Numbered from the stretch's first letter, positions 10,035 through 19,451 are shown. The stretch is DNA of 64,000 nt from Candidatus Marinacidobacterales bacterium (GCA_965219415.1 OZ244742.1:1920001-1984000); one strand, 5' to 3'. The notes: generated from the sequence alone by a model not told the origin. Program-made: numbers and translations.

Positions 10035-11327
10035 ATGGGAAGTCTGCTACGTTCGGTCAAGAAACGCAAGAAGTCGCGTCGTTTGGGTGAGGTCGAGATG
10101 GTGAGGCACGAGGATTACGGGGAACTCGTGCTGGACGCCAAGGTAGAGATGATCCGTTGGTTGGTCCCCCTTGGTCTAATGCACGTTCACGAGTTGCTCG
10201 ACGACGAAGTGAAGGCGTTGGCGGGAGAGCGATACTCTCGCAAGGACGAGCTGGAGCGCGGTCGCCGTCCCGGAAGCAACCCGGGCACGGTAGGGCTTGG
10301 CGGCCAGCGGGTACCGATCCGTGTGCCACGGGTTCGGAGCATCGAGGGAGGAGAGATTCCGCTTCGCTGCTACGAGGCGGTGAGCCACGGCGGTGAGGTG
10401 AATGATCTTCTGCTGAAACGAGTTCTCTACGGAATCTCTTGTCGCAACTACGAGGCGGCAGCGGAAGCGATTCCGGGCGCCATCGGGCTGTCGAGCTCAA
10501 CGGTGTCCCGAGGGTTCGTGCAAGCGAGCGCTGCGAAGCTGCGGGAGATGCAGGAACGGGATCTGACCGGCGAGGATGTGGTGGCGCTGTTTCTGGATGG
10601 GAAGACATTCGCCGAGGCAACGATGGTCGTGGCTCTGGGCATCACGCTTTGCGGGGAAAAACGCTTCTTGGGCTTCGTGGAGACGGACACGGAGAACGCG
10701 CAGGTGTTGACGCCGTTCCTGCGTTCACTGCTCGAGCGGGGACTCGATATCTCCCAGGGTCTGCTGGTGATCATCGACGGCGGCAAGGGTCTCCAAGCGG
10801 CAGTCAAGAAGGCATTCCGTAAGCGGGCCCTGATACAACGCTGCCAGTGGCACAAACGTGAAAACGTAGTGAGCTACCTGTCCAAGGGCGAGCAGGCGTC
10901 ATGGCGCAAGCGGCTCCAGTGGGCCTACAACAGGCCGGAGTACGAAGAGGCCCTCACTGCGCTCGAGCAACTCCACGGTGAGTTAGAAGAGCGGAACCAA
11001 TCTGCAGCTGGCAGCCTGGAGGAAGGCCTCGAGGAGACGCTGACGTTGCATCGACTCGGCGTGCACGCGGTGCTGGGCCGTTCGTTCAAGACGACGAACT
11101 GCCTTGAGTCCGTCAATGCTCTCGTCGAGGAACGCTGCGCGAAGGTCGACCACTGGAAGAACTCGAGCCAACGCCAGCGCTGGTTGGCAACGGCGCTCGT
11201 AGACATCGAACCGCGCTTGAGGAAGGTGGTGGGCTACCGCCATCTTCCCAAGCTTCGCGAAGCTCTCAAGCGGGAACTGAAGATCGAGGCGAAGACATCA
11301 ACCGTATCGAAGAAGAAGGTCGCTTAA
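10035..11327 (+). CDS. IS256-family transposase
   Basis: RBS AAAGGAG; FLDG, IIDGGKGL, QRCQWHK and TTNCLES motifs. Confidence 0.93.
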   Translation: MGSLLRSVKKRKKSRRLGEVEMVRHEDYGELVLDAKVEMIRWLVPLGLMHVHELLDDEVKALAGERYSRKDELERGRRPGSNPGTVGLGGQRVPIRVPRVRSIEGGEIPLRCYEAVSHGGEVNDLLLKRVLYGISCRNYEAAAEAIPGAIGLSSSTVSRGFVQASAAKLREMQERDLTGEDVVALFLDGKTFAEATMVVALGITLCGEKRFLGFVETDTENAQVLTPFLRSLLERGLDISQGLLVIIDGGKGLQAAVKKAFRKRALIQRCQWHKRENVVSYLSKGEQASWRKRLQWAYNRPEYEEALTALEQLHGELEERNQSAAGSLEEGLEETLTLHRLGVHAVLGRSFKTTNCLESVNALVEERCAKVDHWKNSSQRQRWLATALVDIEPRLRKVVGYRHLPKLREALKRELKIEAKTSTVSKKKVA

Positions 11328-11632
11328 ACGTGAGCCGTGGAGAGTTTCAACTAAGAATGGGCTTGACTCCGCGAGACAGTCCAGACCCTAGCAGCAAAGC
11401 ATAGGCACCCTTATTGGAGCGAACCGCAAAGGCCACTGAGACCAGCGGATCGATTTCCCAGCCTGGCACGCTCTCTCTCCCGGTCGGTAGCAGCAATTCT
11501 AGCCCAAGAGAGGGCCGACGACACTCGTCTTCTACCTGCTAATTGCGTCTCAGGTGACGGCGGAAAAGTGCTTCATCGAAGCGAAGTTGGAGGGACGGTG
11601 ACGCCGTGGTGACCCGCATGGAGGCGGCCTTC

Positions 11633-12195
11633 CCAAAAGGCGACCTCGTCGGCAACGCAGGCGACGACGGAATAGCCGCGTACGCTCTTGAAGTTCGACG
11701 TATGGATCTCGATGTCGATCCCGTTCGTGAGGCTGATGGTCTCCTTGAGACGATCCGCGACCATGGAGGAGAGCAACGGGCTGCCGTCGAGGAGCCCGGT
11801 CACGTAGCGGAACAGTACGCGCGCCTGCCTCCGGTCCGCAGCGAGCAGCATCACCACCCCGCGCTCACCGGGAGCCAGAGCATTGCGGTACTCCCGGAAG
11901 CAAGCGAGGAAGACGGCGATCAGGGCTGCGATCCGCGACTTGCCACCGCGCCGACCGACAACGACCCATGCCTCTCTCGCAGGCTCCATGGGAGGCTTGG
12001 TCCTTCCCGTGGCTCCCGGTACAGCGCGACATCCTCGGTATCCATTCCGAGAGCAAAGAACGCCCGAAGAAACGCTGTCCAGCTTCTCCAGGTATCGAGG
12101 TCTGAGAAGGTTGATCGGAAGAGCCTAGGGTCTCCCAAGGCCGTAACGATATCGATGCCGGTTGTGGCGGCCCGTTTTCGCCCCTTGGCTCTCAC
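11633..12195 (-). pseudogene. Phage terminase large subunit, N-terminal ATPase half (frameshift near 12012)
   Basis: Walker A GRRGGKS; Walker B ACVADEVAFW, then an abrupt end. Confidence 0.85.
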
Positions 12196-12553
12196 TTCGC
12201 GGCCTTGCCGTAGGTGTCGGCGACGTAGGTTCCGAGCGATGGTACCGGCTTCGCTCTACGCTCCAGGCCAAGGAGCGAGAGCCGGCGCGTCAGGCCATCG
12301 GCTACCTTCTGGCGCTGGAGCACCACCGGGGGAAGGCTCTTCGTCCGCTTATTGACGAGGCTCGGTTGTGCCAGCTCCCACTCGGCGATCTGTACATGTC
12401 GAGCGTCACTGCCTCCACCATGGCCAGCTGCTGCTGGCTGAGGCTATCAGGGCCCCCGAGGTCCTGTATCAAGCCATCCCGCCATGTCAGCACTCGCCTA
12501 CCGACCCTGGTTCTCGCGTCTATCGACGTGATACCGGCCTTGCGAACCTTCCG

Positions 12554-14013
12554 GGGGATGTCCCGGCCGCTGTTGAATTTGGTCGGGTAGCGGCGGCACC
12601 TGTGAATACTCTTAGGCAGCAAACTCATCGCTGTCAAGAGATTTCTGTTTGCTTCTAAGCGCGTGAACGAGAGCGCCCATATGGCGATAGCCTTTGATAC
12701 GCCGGAACTTTTTCTGCGCGGTGACGACGCCAAGAGCGGTCCATCGGCGAACCATGGAAGGACTCTTCCAACGCTTGAGGTTTCTCGATACTCTGCGAAT
12801 GGTTCCGTTGAGATTCTCAATGGCGTTCGTCGTGGCAAGAGACTGGCGAAGTAAGGCGGGCAGCGCGAGCTTCACGACCGTGAGTGTCTCTTCCATCCCT
12901 TCACGAAGGCTTCCGGCAGCTTCGTCGTAGCCGTTTCGCTCGAGCCACGACACCAATGCCTGAAGTCGCTTGCGCGCCTTGTCGGCACTCTTGCACTTGT
13001 AGGCTTCCTTCATCGTCTGGAGTACGTAGGCGTGACGAGACTTGGGAAGGTACGAGCGAAGATTCCGGAGTTTATGGATCTGGCACCTTTGGATGACCGC
13101 GAGGTCCCCCAAAACGTCGACGAGTGCCTTGCGGATGCCTTTGCCTCCGTCCACTACGCAGAGAATCGACTCATCGACGCGCAAGCCCCGCTCGAGAAGG
13201 TCCTGCAACATCGCGGTGCACACCCGAGAGTTCTCCGTCGAGCCCAGCCATATACCCAGGGGCACCTTCGTTCCATCTATTGTGATACCTAGAGTTACGA
13301 CGACGGTCTGTCCGGCCACCTCAAGGCCATCCAGCATCAGTGCCGCAAGCTCGAACTCCTCTAGCCGCCGAGACAGGTATTCCTCGAGCTTCTTAGTCGT
13401 CTGGCTCACGAGGTGACGGCTGGCGGCACTCTTACTCGTGCCACGAGACTTCAACTTGGCCGCGGGTTTGTTCAGACTCGATTCGTAATTTCGGGTCGAT
13501 ACCCCCACCAAGATCTGATTCAACACTCGCTCTGGAAGCGGGTCTTCTTCGCGGAAGGCTTCGAAGTGTGGAAGCGACGCCTCCTCGCCCGACTTCGAGC
13601 GAACTCGAGGTCGCGACACTTGGATGCGACGACCACCGAAGCTCAGCTCTCCGTTCGTGCTCCCCCAGTGGTTATGAGTTCGCTCCTTCTCGTGCTTGCC
13701 CTTGAGCCCCGCGATCTCCTCGGCGTCCTCTCTGAGCAGTAGGTGCAGAGCTGTCAGTCCTTGCTCGTACACCCATTCCGTCAGTTCCGCCTTCGTGGCC
13801 GCGATCCCAGCTATCATCGGTAGCAGTATCTGACCGACTTGGCCAACTACCTTGCCCGTAGGCGAGTGCGTTTGCTTTCTTACTGGCTTCTTTGATTTCC
13901 TAGGCATTGGTGGCTCCTTGTCCCCCTCTGGAGACGGTTTATTGGCAGACCTATTCTTAGGCCGGCCAAGGAGCCGCCGCTACCCCAAATTCAACATCCG
14001 GCGGGACATCCCC
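12554..14013 (-). mobile_element. IS256-family element, 1460 bp
   Basis: IRs GGGGATGTCCCG...TGTTGAATTTGG; 8-bp TSD ACCTTCCG at 12546-12553 and 14014-14021. Confidence 0.96.
12612..13907 (-). CDS. IS256-family transposase
   Basis: MLDG, VVDGGKG, QRCQIHK and TTNAIEN motifs. Confidence 0.95.
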   Translation of the reverse strand: MPRKSKKPVRKQTHSPTGKVVGQVGQILLPMIAGIAATKAELTEWVYEQGLTALHLLLREDAEEIAGLKGKHEKERTHNHWGSTNGELSFGGRRIQVSRPRVRSKSGEEASLPHFEAFREEDPLPERVLNQILVGVSTRNYESSLNKPAAKLKSRGTSKSAASRHLVSQTTKKLEEYLSRRLEEFELAALMLDGLEVAGQTVVVTLGITIDGTKVPLGIWLGSTENSRVCTAMLQDLLERGLRVDESILCVVDGGKGIRKALVDVLGDLAVIQRCQIHKLRNLRSYLPKSRHAYVLQTMKEAYKCKSADKARKRLQALVSWLERNGYDEAAGSLREGMEETLTVVKLALPALLRQSLATTNAIENLNGTIRRVSRNLKRWKSPSMVRRWTALGVVTAQKKFRRIKGYRHMGALVHALRSKQKSLDSDEFAA

Positions 14014-14078
14014 ACCTTCCGCACCACGGGCGTAAGTCTGTGTTCGTGTAGGATCGTCGACGTTTCTTTAGGTGTTTT

Positions 14079-14978
14079 GCCGCCGAGGGCGCAGCGAACC
14101 CCGACACCGAGGTTGTCAATGCGATCCGACCAGGGATGGCGTCGGTACCGAGTTCGCTGCTCCTTGCTATCAGCTCGCCGTATGCAAGGCGCGGGGCTCT
14201 GTGGAACGCTTACGACCAACACTTCGGGAGAGACGGTGATCCGGTGCTCGTTTGGCAGGCGAGCACGGGCTCCATGAACCCAACGATCGCCAGTGATGTT
14301 ATTGAGAGGGCCCTCGTGGAAGACGAGAGCGCAGCGCGGGCGGAGTATTTTGCTGAGTTCAGGCGTGATATCGAAAGTTTCGTCTCCAGAGAAGCCGTGG
14401 AGCACTGCGTGATCGCTGGACGTCGCGAACTTCCGCCCGCATCCTCTATACGCTACGTGGCCTTCTGCGATCCCAGTGGCGGTTCCGCCGACTCGATGAC
14501 CTTGGCGATCGCACACCTTGACGGTCAGAGTGGCAAGGTGATCCTCGACGCCGTGCGTGAGAGAAAACCACCCTTCTCTCCGGAGGATGTTGTCCGTGAA
14601 TTCACGGAGACACTCAAGAGTTACCGCGTCTCGAGTGTAACCGGCGATCGTTACGGCGGGGAGTGGCCCGCCGAGCGATTCCGCGAGCACCGTATCGTAT
14701 ACGAACCATCACCGGTCCCGAAGTCGGACCTGTACCGGGAACTGCTACCCCTGCTGAACGGCGGTAGGTGCGAGCTTCCCAACCTTCGCCGGCTACTTTC
14801 CCAGCTCCTCTCGCTGGAACGGAGGACCAGCCGGGCGGGCAAGGACTCGATCGACCACCCTCCCCGTTGCCACGACGACCTCGCGAACGCGGTGGCCGGT
14901 GTTTTCCACGTCGCTGGGAGCGCGAGCCAAAGTTGTGGTGTCCTCCTCCCGACCGGTGAGCTGATCGCGTTTTCGTAG
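14079..14978 (+). pseudogene. Phage terminase large subunit, C-terminal half (coupling motif and nuclease)
   Basis: AEGAANPDTE...ISSPY, AEYFAEF, FCDPSGG, GDRYG, HDDLANA. Confidence 0.85.
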
Positions 14979-15081
14979 CGGCCAACGTGCGCACTTGCCA
15001 TTCTCGTTTAGCCCAATGGAAGGGCCTCACGTAGAGGCCGTTATTGGGGCGGGCACCCCACTCCGCATCGAAACGAACCAG

Positions 15082-16029
15082 TTACCGCTTAAGGTCAGCG
15101 TTCACAAGAACGCCAAGCTCGGACTGGCGCTCGAAGTCGTCTACGAGAACACGCAAGCGGCCAGATTCTTGCTTAGTGATGCCGTTCTCATCGCCGTTGT
15201 GGTATCGACCGGTCATCACATGATTCTCCGTTGCTGAGTGATACCATCCAGCATCGGACTCCCTAACCTCGGGTCCTACGATACGGTCGAAAACCTCGGC
15301 CAGCCGACCGTTGACCAAGACTGTTGCGTACAGGTATTGGGTAGGTCCGTTCTCGTCACCCTTGTGCGGAATCCAGTCAACACGCCGTCGCCAGGAGCCA
15401 CAACCCACCCATGTCGTGATTCACGAACTGCTTCGGTCCACGTTCCCGGTCGCTCGATGTCGATTGTCAAATTGGACTGTGACACCGTCGTGAGAGGGGC
15501 ACATTTGTATCGCGTGTTGCCTCCTTCGTCCCCTCGGCGGAACCGGCCAACGAGAACCGTGTTCTCGGGGCAAACCGCCTCATGGTCGGAGGCCCTGAAA
15601 GACCCCAAGGTTATCGCTTGATCAGGGTATCGCTTGATCAGGGTTCGGTAGCAGTTCCTCCGAAGAAACCGGACCTTTGTGTCCCCTTTCTACTTCCCAC
15701 AATGGGGATTCCAAATTGATGAAAATCACGCTCGTTTGATGTTTCGTCCAGCCGTTCTCGTCGCCTTTGTGGTATCGACCGGTGATTACTCTGCGCGGCG
15801 CGCTCTGATACCATCCGGATTCAGACTCTCTTACTCTCGGCCCCCTGAAATGATTGATAACAGTGGCTGGCTGGCCGTCAACGAACACCGTCGAATGGCG
15901 GTACCGCGTTTTTCCATTCTCGTCACCTCTATGCTGACGCCCGGTAAACACTTTGTTGGTAGGTGCAAGTGCCCAGCGGCTCGTCGATTCCCTTTTCCAG
16001 CGTGTCCACACATGGTTGCCGACAGTCAC
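15082..16029 (-). pseudogene. Uncharacterised GDENG-repeat protein, 5'-truncated, with two frameshifts
   Basis: Five G-R-x-H-x-GDE(N/G)G-x-T units across three ORFs; removing a 16-bp tandem duplication at 15612-15643 fuses the first two ORFs. Confidence 0.7.
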
Positions 16030-16051
16030 GGAGAGATATATGGGTGTTCAG

Positions 16052-16290
16052 ATGGCAGAAAAAAAGAAACGTCGGCAGTTCACGAAGGAATTTCGAGCAG
16101 AGGCAGTGCAGCTGGTTCGGGAGAGCGGCAAGGCAGTGAGCGTGGTAGCCCGGGATATCGATGTGACGGAGACGTCGCTTTATGCCTGGGTGAGGCAGGA
16201 CAGGATCGACCGTGGTGAAGGCGGTCCCTGAACCCTGACGAGCGAGGAACTCGAAGAACTGCGTGGCCTCCGAAAGGAAGTTCGGGAGCT
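16052..16290 (+). pseudogene. IS3-family OrfA remnant
   Basis: KRRQFTKEFRAEAVQLV...VARDIDV...W; no OrfB follows. Confidence 0.85.
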
Positions 16291-16329
16291 TTCGAACTTA
16301 GACTCTTGGAAGCAAACCGGTTTGCATAG

Positions 16330-16779
16330 TCAACTTGTCCACCAAACCGGAGCAAGCTCAACCGGTGTATTCCACGTCCCATGTTTTTCCATGTACTCGG
16401 CTAGCCATGCACGGCTTTCAATATTCCCTTGCCTTCTTCCGCCGCCTCTCGTACTCCAGTTGTGCCATTTATCGAAGTCTTCAACGCAGTCGTCCACGGA
16501 GAGTTCCACCCCGTCCATGGCTTCTGGCCCGGGTACCTTGCGGAGCGGCCAAACTTCTTCCTTGAATTCAAGTGAATCCCATAAGAAGGAGTACGTATAG
16601 TCAGGAGAGACATCGAGGATCGGGCCGCCCAACGCTACATGAGCTAGGAGCGGCGTTGAGTAGAGCCACTCGACGAGTAGCTCATCGGGAAAATTCGGAC
16701 GCTTTTTGCGCGCCTCCTCTAAAAACGCACCCAACTGCATAGTTGTCAAACCGTGGCAAACGCAGTGGAAGTCGTCCAC
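16330..16779 (-). CDS. Hypothetical protein, probably 3'-truncated
   Basis: 149-aa ORF directly downstream of Shedu; ends beside the IS3 remnant. Confidence 0.5.
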   Translation of the reverse strand: MDDFHCVCHGLTTMQLGAFLEEARKKRPNFPDELLVEWLYSTPLLAHVALGGPILDVSPDYTYSFLWDSLEFKEEVWPLRKVPGPEAMDGVELSVDDCVEDFDKWHNWSTRGGGRRQGNIESRAWLAEYMEKHGTWNTPVELAPVWWTS

Positions 16780-16838
16780 AAGATGGAAAACCCCGTCGGG
16801 AGCTGCGGAATTCTAATCGTCGAATCGGGCGCAGACGG

Positions 16839-17664
16839 TTATCTAGTAACCTCGAACTTCTGCTTAAGGAACTGTCGCTGCTCCGGTGGGATTCTTTCGT
16901 TAAGATCCACCGCCATGCCCTTGTCCCGAATAAAGCCGTAGTCCTCAAGACATAGTGACGATATCTCCACACACTCGGGGACTCGCCTGGCAACATAACC
17001 GTCCTCATCGATACCGACGCATAGGTACTTCCGCTGATCATGCATTGGGCTTAGACGGTCAAACGTCATGATTTCTGTATTCTCTGGCCGGATCTGGCTT
17101 CTCTTGAGGTTCAACTCCGAAGTTCGATTCGCGTCCGCGCGGCGTCCGTAAATTAGAAGATACGACGGGGTCAACGCCCGAAAATCCAATCGGTCCGGGA
17201 AACGATAGAAACGTACGAACGCCTGCTGGTTCTCGGGCTTTGAGAACCATACTTTCCATTCAGCAATCTGATTGAGCGCTTGCGCCAGCTCCGCTGTCTG
17301 ATTGCCATCGCCGGTCCACCATGCCTTGGATGGTCTTTCAATTTCTATGAAGAGTGGCGTTACGGTCGCACTGTCCGTGGCGAGCCACAAGAAATCGGGT
17401 ACCCGCGACGTGAATCCTCCTAAGCGTGGCTGGGAAATCAACGCAGCCGGAAAGGGGGTGATGACCACTAGATCCGAGTCTGCCGTAGCCGAGAGTATGC
17501 GCTCCGGGTACCATGCAGGGATGGCACTCAAGGAACTCCTGAGTTCGGGCTTCTTCGGGTTCTGACTCAAGCAAGCTCTTCCACTCTTCGAGGACTCTCT
17601 CCTGATAGTCAAGCCATTCGACTGGACTAGGCCCCCGGTCGATGGTGAACCTACGTACCTTCAT
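16839..17664 (-). CDS. sduA: Shedu anti-phage nuclease (DUF4263), +1 frameshift in a C5 run at 17454-17458
   Basis: E...QEFLECHP, PDF, IEIERP, ALNQIAEW, IYGRR, IMTFDRL. Confidence 0.8.
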
Positions 17665-17671
17665 ATCCGTG

Positions 17672-18067
17672 CTACCGCAGGGGGGAGGACGACTTGCTCG
17701 CCGAGGTGGGGTGAACCGCGCCGCCCGAATGGTTCCCACAAAATCCATCGCGCTCTGCGTCACGTTGACAGTGGTAGGTCTGTCCGCCGACCGGCTCCAC
17801 GTACCGGCACTGATCTCGTTCAGTCGGCACCGGCTCGCGGACCTTCCCATCGGCAAGCCGCATCCTTCCAATGAACCCTACCAACCTTGAGCGTGAGGCT
17901 GTCCCCTTCTCCCCGGACTCGGAGCCAGGCCGCGGAATTCCGCGAGCATCCAGAACTACCGACACCAGTTCTGCCATGTCTTCGTCGTCAAGTCCCTCGA
18001 ATGGTTCAAATGTATCCACAAGCATAAGGACAAGGAGGTCGCGGTCGACACGGGCCCAGTTTCGCAA
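17672..18067 (-). CDS. Hypothetical protein with a C-terminal C-C-CxxH motif
   Basis: QCRY...HCQR...FCGNH; start uncertain. Confidence 0.35.
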   Translation of the reverse strand: MRNWARVDRDLLVLMLVDTFEPFEGLDDEDMAELVSVVLDARGIPRPGSESGEKGTASRSRLVGFIGRMRLADGKVREPVPTERDQCRYVEPVGGQTYHCQRDAERDGFCGNHSGGAVHPTSASKSSSPLR

Positions 18068-18099
18068 CTGGACCCGTTCTGCAACGGGCTCGTAACGGG

Positions 18100-18425
18100 C
18101 AAGGGTGCTGGCGGTATGCGTGGTGTTGTTCTTTTCTCTTGTAGCCGCGGGTCTGTTTGTCGCGGAGCAGGCGGTTCACGTCGCCACGCGTTACCTCGCG
18201 TAGAAGCTTCCGGCCGAGAGCGGGGAGCACATGATCTTCCAGGTTCCGCTCGTACGATCGGATGGTCTTCGCTTCGAGTTCGTGACGCACAGCCTCAAGC
18301 CATTCGCGCGCATAGTCCTCAAGCGTGACATCGGGGTCGCCATCAATCCCGGAGAGCTTCTCGACCAACTCGGTGCGCTCTTTCAGGATCTCCCCTAGCC
18401 TCGCGCGGGCTTGCTCCTCGGAGCT
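18100..18425 (-). pseudogene. Tyrosine integrase N-terminal (core-binding) remnant
   Basis: TLEDYAREWL...KTIRSYERNLEDHVLPALGRKLLREVTRGDV; next to the tRNA. Confidence 0.8.
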
Positions 18426-18554
18426 GCTCTAACGGCACGGGTACGCGGACCTCGTTGACGGCCTCACCGGGGCAGAACCCGCCACGGAAAACGTCACCAC
18501 AACGTCACCAGAACTGTCGCCCGCAAAAGTTTCTCTACAAGTCGTTGAAGATGT

Positions 18555-18629
18555 TGGAGCCGGCGAGAGGATTTGAACCTCCGACCTGCTGATTACGAAT
18601 CAGCTGCTCTACCACTGAGCTACACCGGC
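18555..18629 (-). tRNA. tRNA-Thr(CGT)
   Basis: 75-nt cloverleaf GCCGGTG...CGCCGGC-T-CCA; anticodon loop TTCGTAA; T-loop TTCAAAT. Confidence 0.98.
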
Positions 18630-18851
18630 TCGAGGTGTGGCGACAGGCGGGGTGAGTGAGAATACCTCGTTTAGGCAGGCCCTGCCAACCTCGGACACCG
18701 GGAACCCGCCTCGATTCAGGAGTAATCGGACCAAGTTCCGTAATTTTACGGATTTCGCCCCGCTTCGAACTGTATTATCATGCCGGGTCTTTTGACATTT
18801 TCAGCGGCCGAACAGATTGGCCGCAACGCCTCAGGAAGAAGGAGAACGGAA

Positions 18852-19394
18852 ATGAGAACGCTTCAAATCTTGGCTGCGTTGACCCTGGCCGTGGCGCTGG
18901 GAGCAGCCTGCTCATCACAGAAGATCAACCACGACTACGATCACCAGGCCGATTTCTCGCAATTCAAGACCTACAAGTATGCCAAGGGGACGCCGGTCGA
19001 GAACCAGCTCATGGATCAGCGGATCGTCTCCGCGATCGAAACTGAGATGGGTCAGGAGGGGTTCACCAAGGCCTCAGGGAATCCGGACGTTGTGGTGACC
19101 TACCACGCCCCCTCCAAGGAGAAAAAACAGTACGTGACCGGCAACTTCGGTTACGGCTACGGCCCTGGATGGGGCTGGGGCGGCTACGGCGGCGGCATGG
19201 GCACGTCGACCACTCGTGAGATTACGTACGAGAAAGGCACGCTCGTCGTCGACATGTATGATGCCAAGAAGAAGCAACTCATCTGGCGTGGCACGGGTAC
19301 GGACACGGTCAGCGACAACCCGCAGAAGGTGGCCAAGCTGATCGCCGACATCGTAGACAAGATTTTCAGGGGCTACCCGCCCAAAGCAAGCTAG
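18852..19394 (+). CDS. DUF4136-family lipoprotein
   Basis: Lipobox GAAC; DYD..ADFSQFKTY; EKGTLVVDMYDA...IWRG. Confidence 0.88.
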   Translation: MRTLQILAALTLAVALGAACSSQKINHDYDHQADFSQFKTYKYAKGTPVENQLMDQRIVSAIETEMGQEGFTKASGNPDVVVTYHAPSKEKKQYVTGNFGYGYGPGWGWGGYGGGMGTSTTREITYEKGTLVVDMYDAKKKQLIWRGTGTDTVSDNPQKVAKLIADIVDKIFRGYPPKAS

Positions 19395-19408
19395 TCTCGG
19401 TCACTCGG

Positions 19409-19442
19409 TTGGGAGGCGAGGTGCGAGCACCCCGTCTCCCAA
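19409..19442. terminator. Hairpin between convergent genes
   Basis: TTGGGAGGCG...CGTCTCCCAA. Confidence 0.5.
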
Positions 19443-19451
19443 TCAACCCAT

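Larger units (their letters stand above)
8670..11370 (+). mobile_element. IS256-family element containing a nested IS3
   Basis: Imperfect ends share TCTTAGTTG; flanked by GCGA on both sides; removal restores the SIR2 frame. Confidence 0.8.
7307..11469 (-). pseudogene. SIR2-family (SIR2_2-like) protein interrupted by nested IS, plus in-frame TGA at 8111-8113
   Basis: GTG 11469 MPGWEIDPLVSVAFAVRSNKGAYALLLGSGLSR rejoins SAEIPTGWEI at about 8665; TINFDRLLE and KLHGD motifs; ICG*SAEWD. Confidence 0.88.
12192..14078 (-). pseudogene. Small basic protein upstream of TerL (putative terminase small subunit), IS256-interrupted and frameshifted
   Basis: HRLTPVVRKV|IS|RKAGITSIDARTRVG...DLGG...QPSLVNKR...LGLERRAK; its stop overlaps the TerL GTG; TerS role inferred from position. 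Confidence 0.6.
7061..18554. mobile_element. Island A (11.5 kb): decayed phage-related integrative element with terminase and defence cargo
   Basis: Flanked by the tRNA and its 3' duplicate; CGTCACC pairs at both ends; integrase and terminase remnants. Confidence 0.85.

Noticed and set aside
9615-11327. 570-aa transposase ORF
   Set aside because: The first 140 codons are antisense to the nested IS3; the real start is ATG 10035 with an RBS
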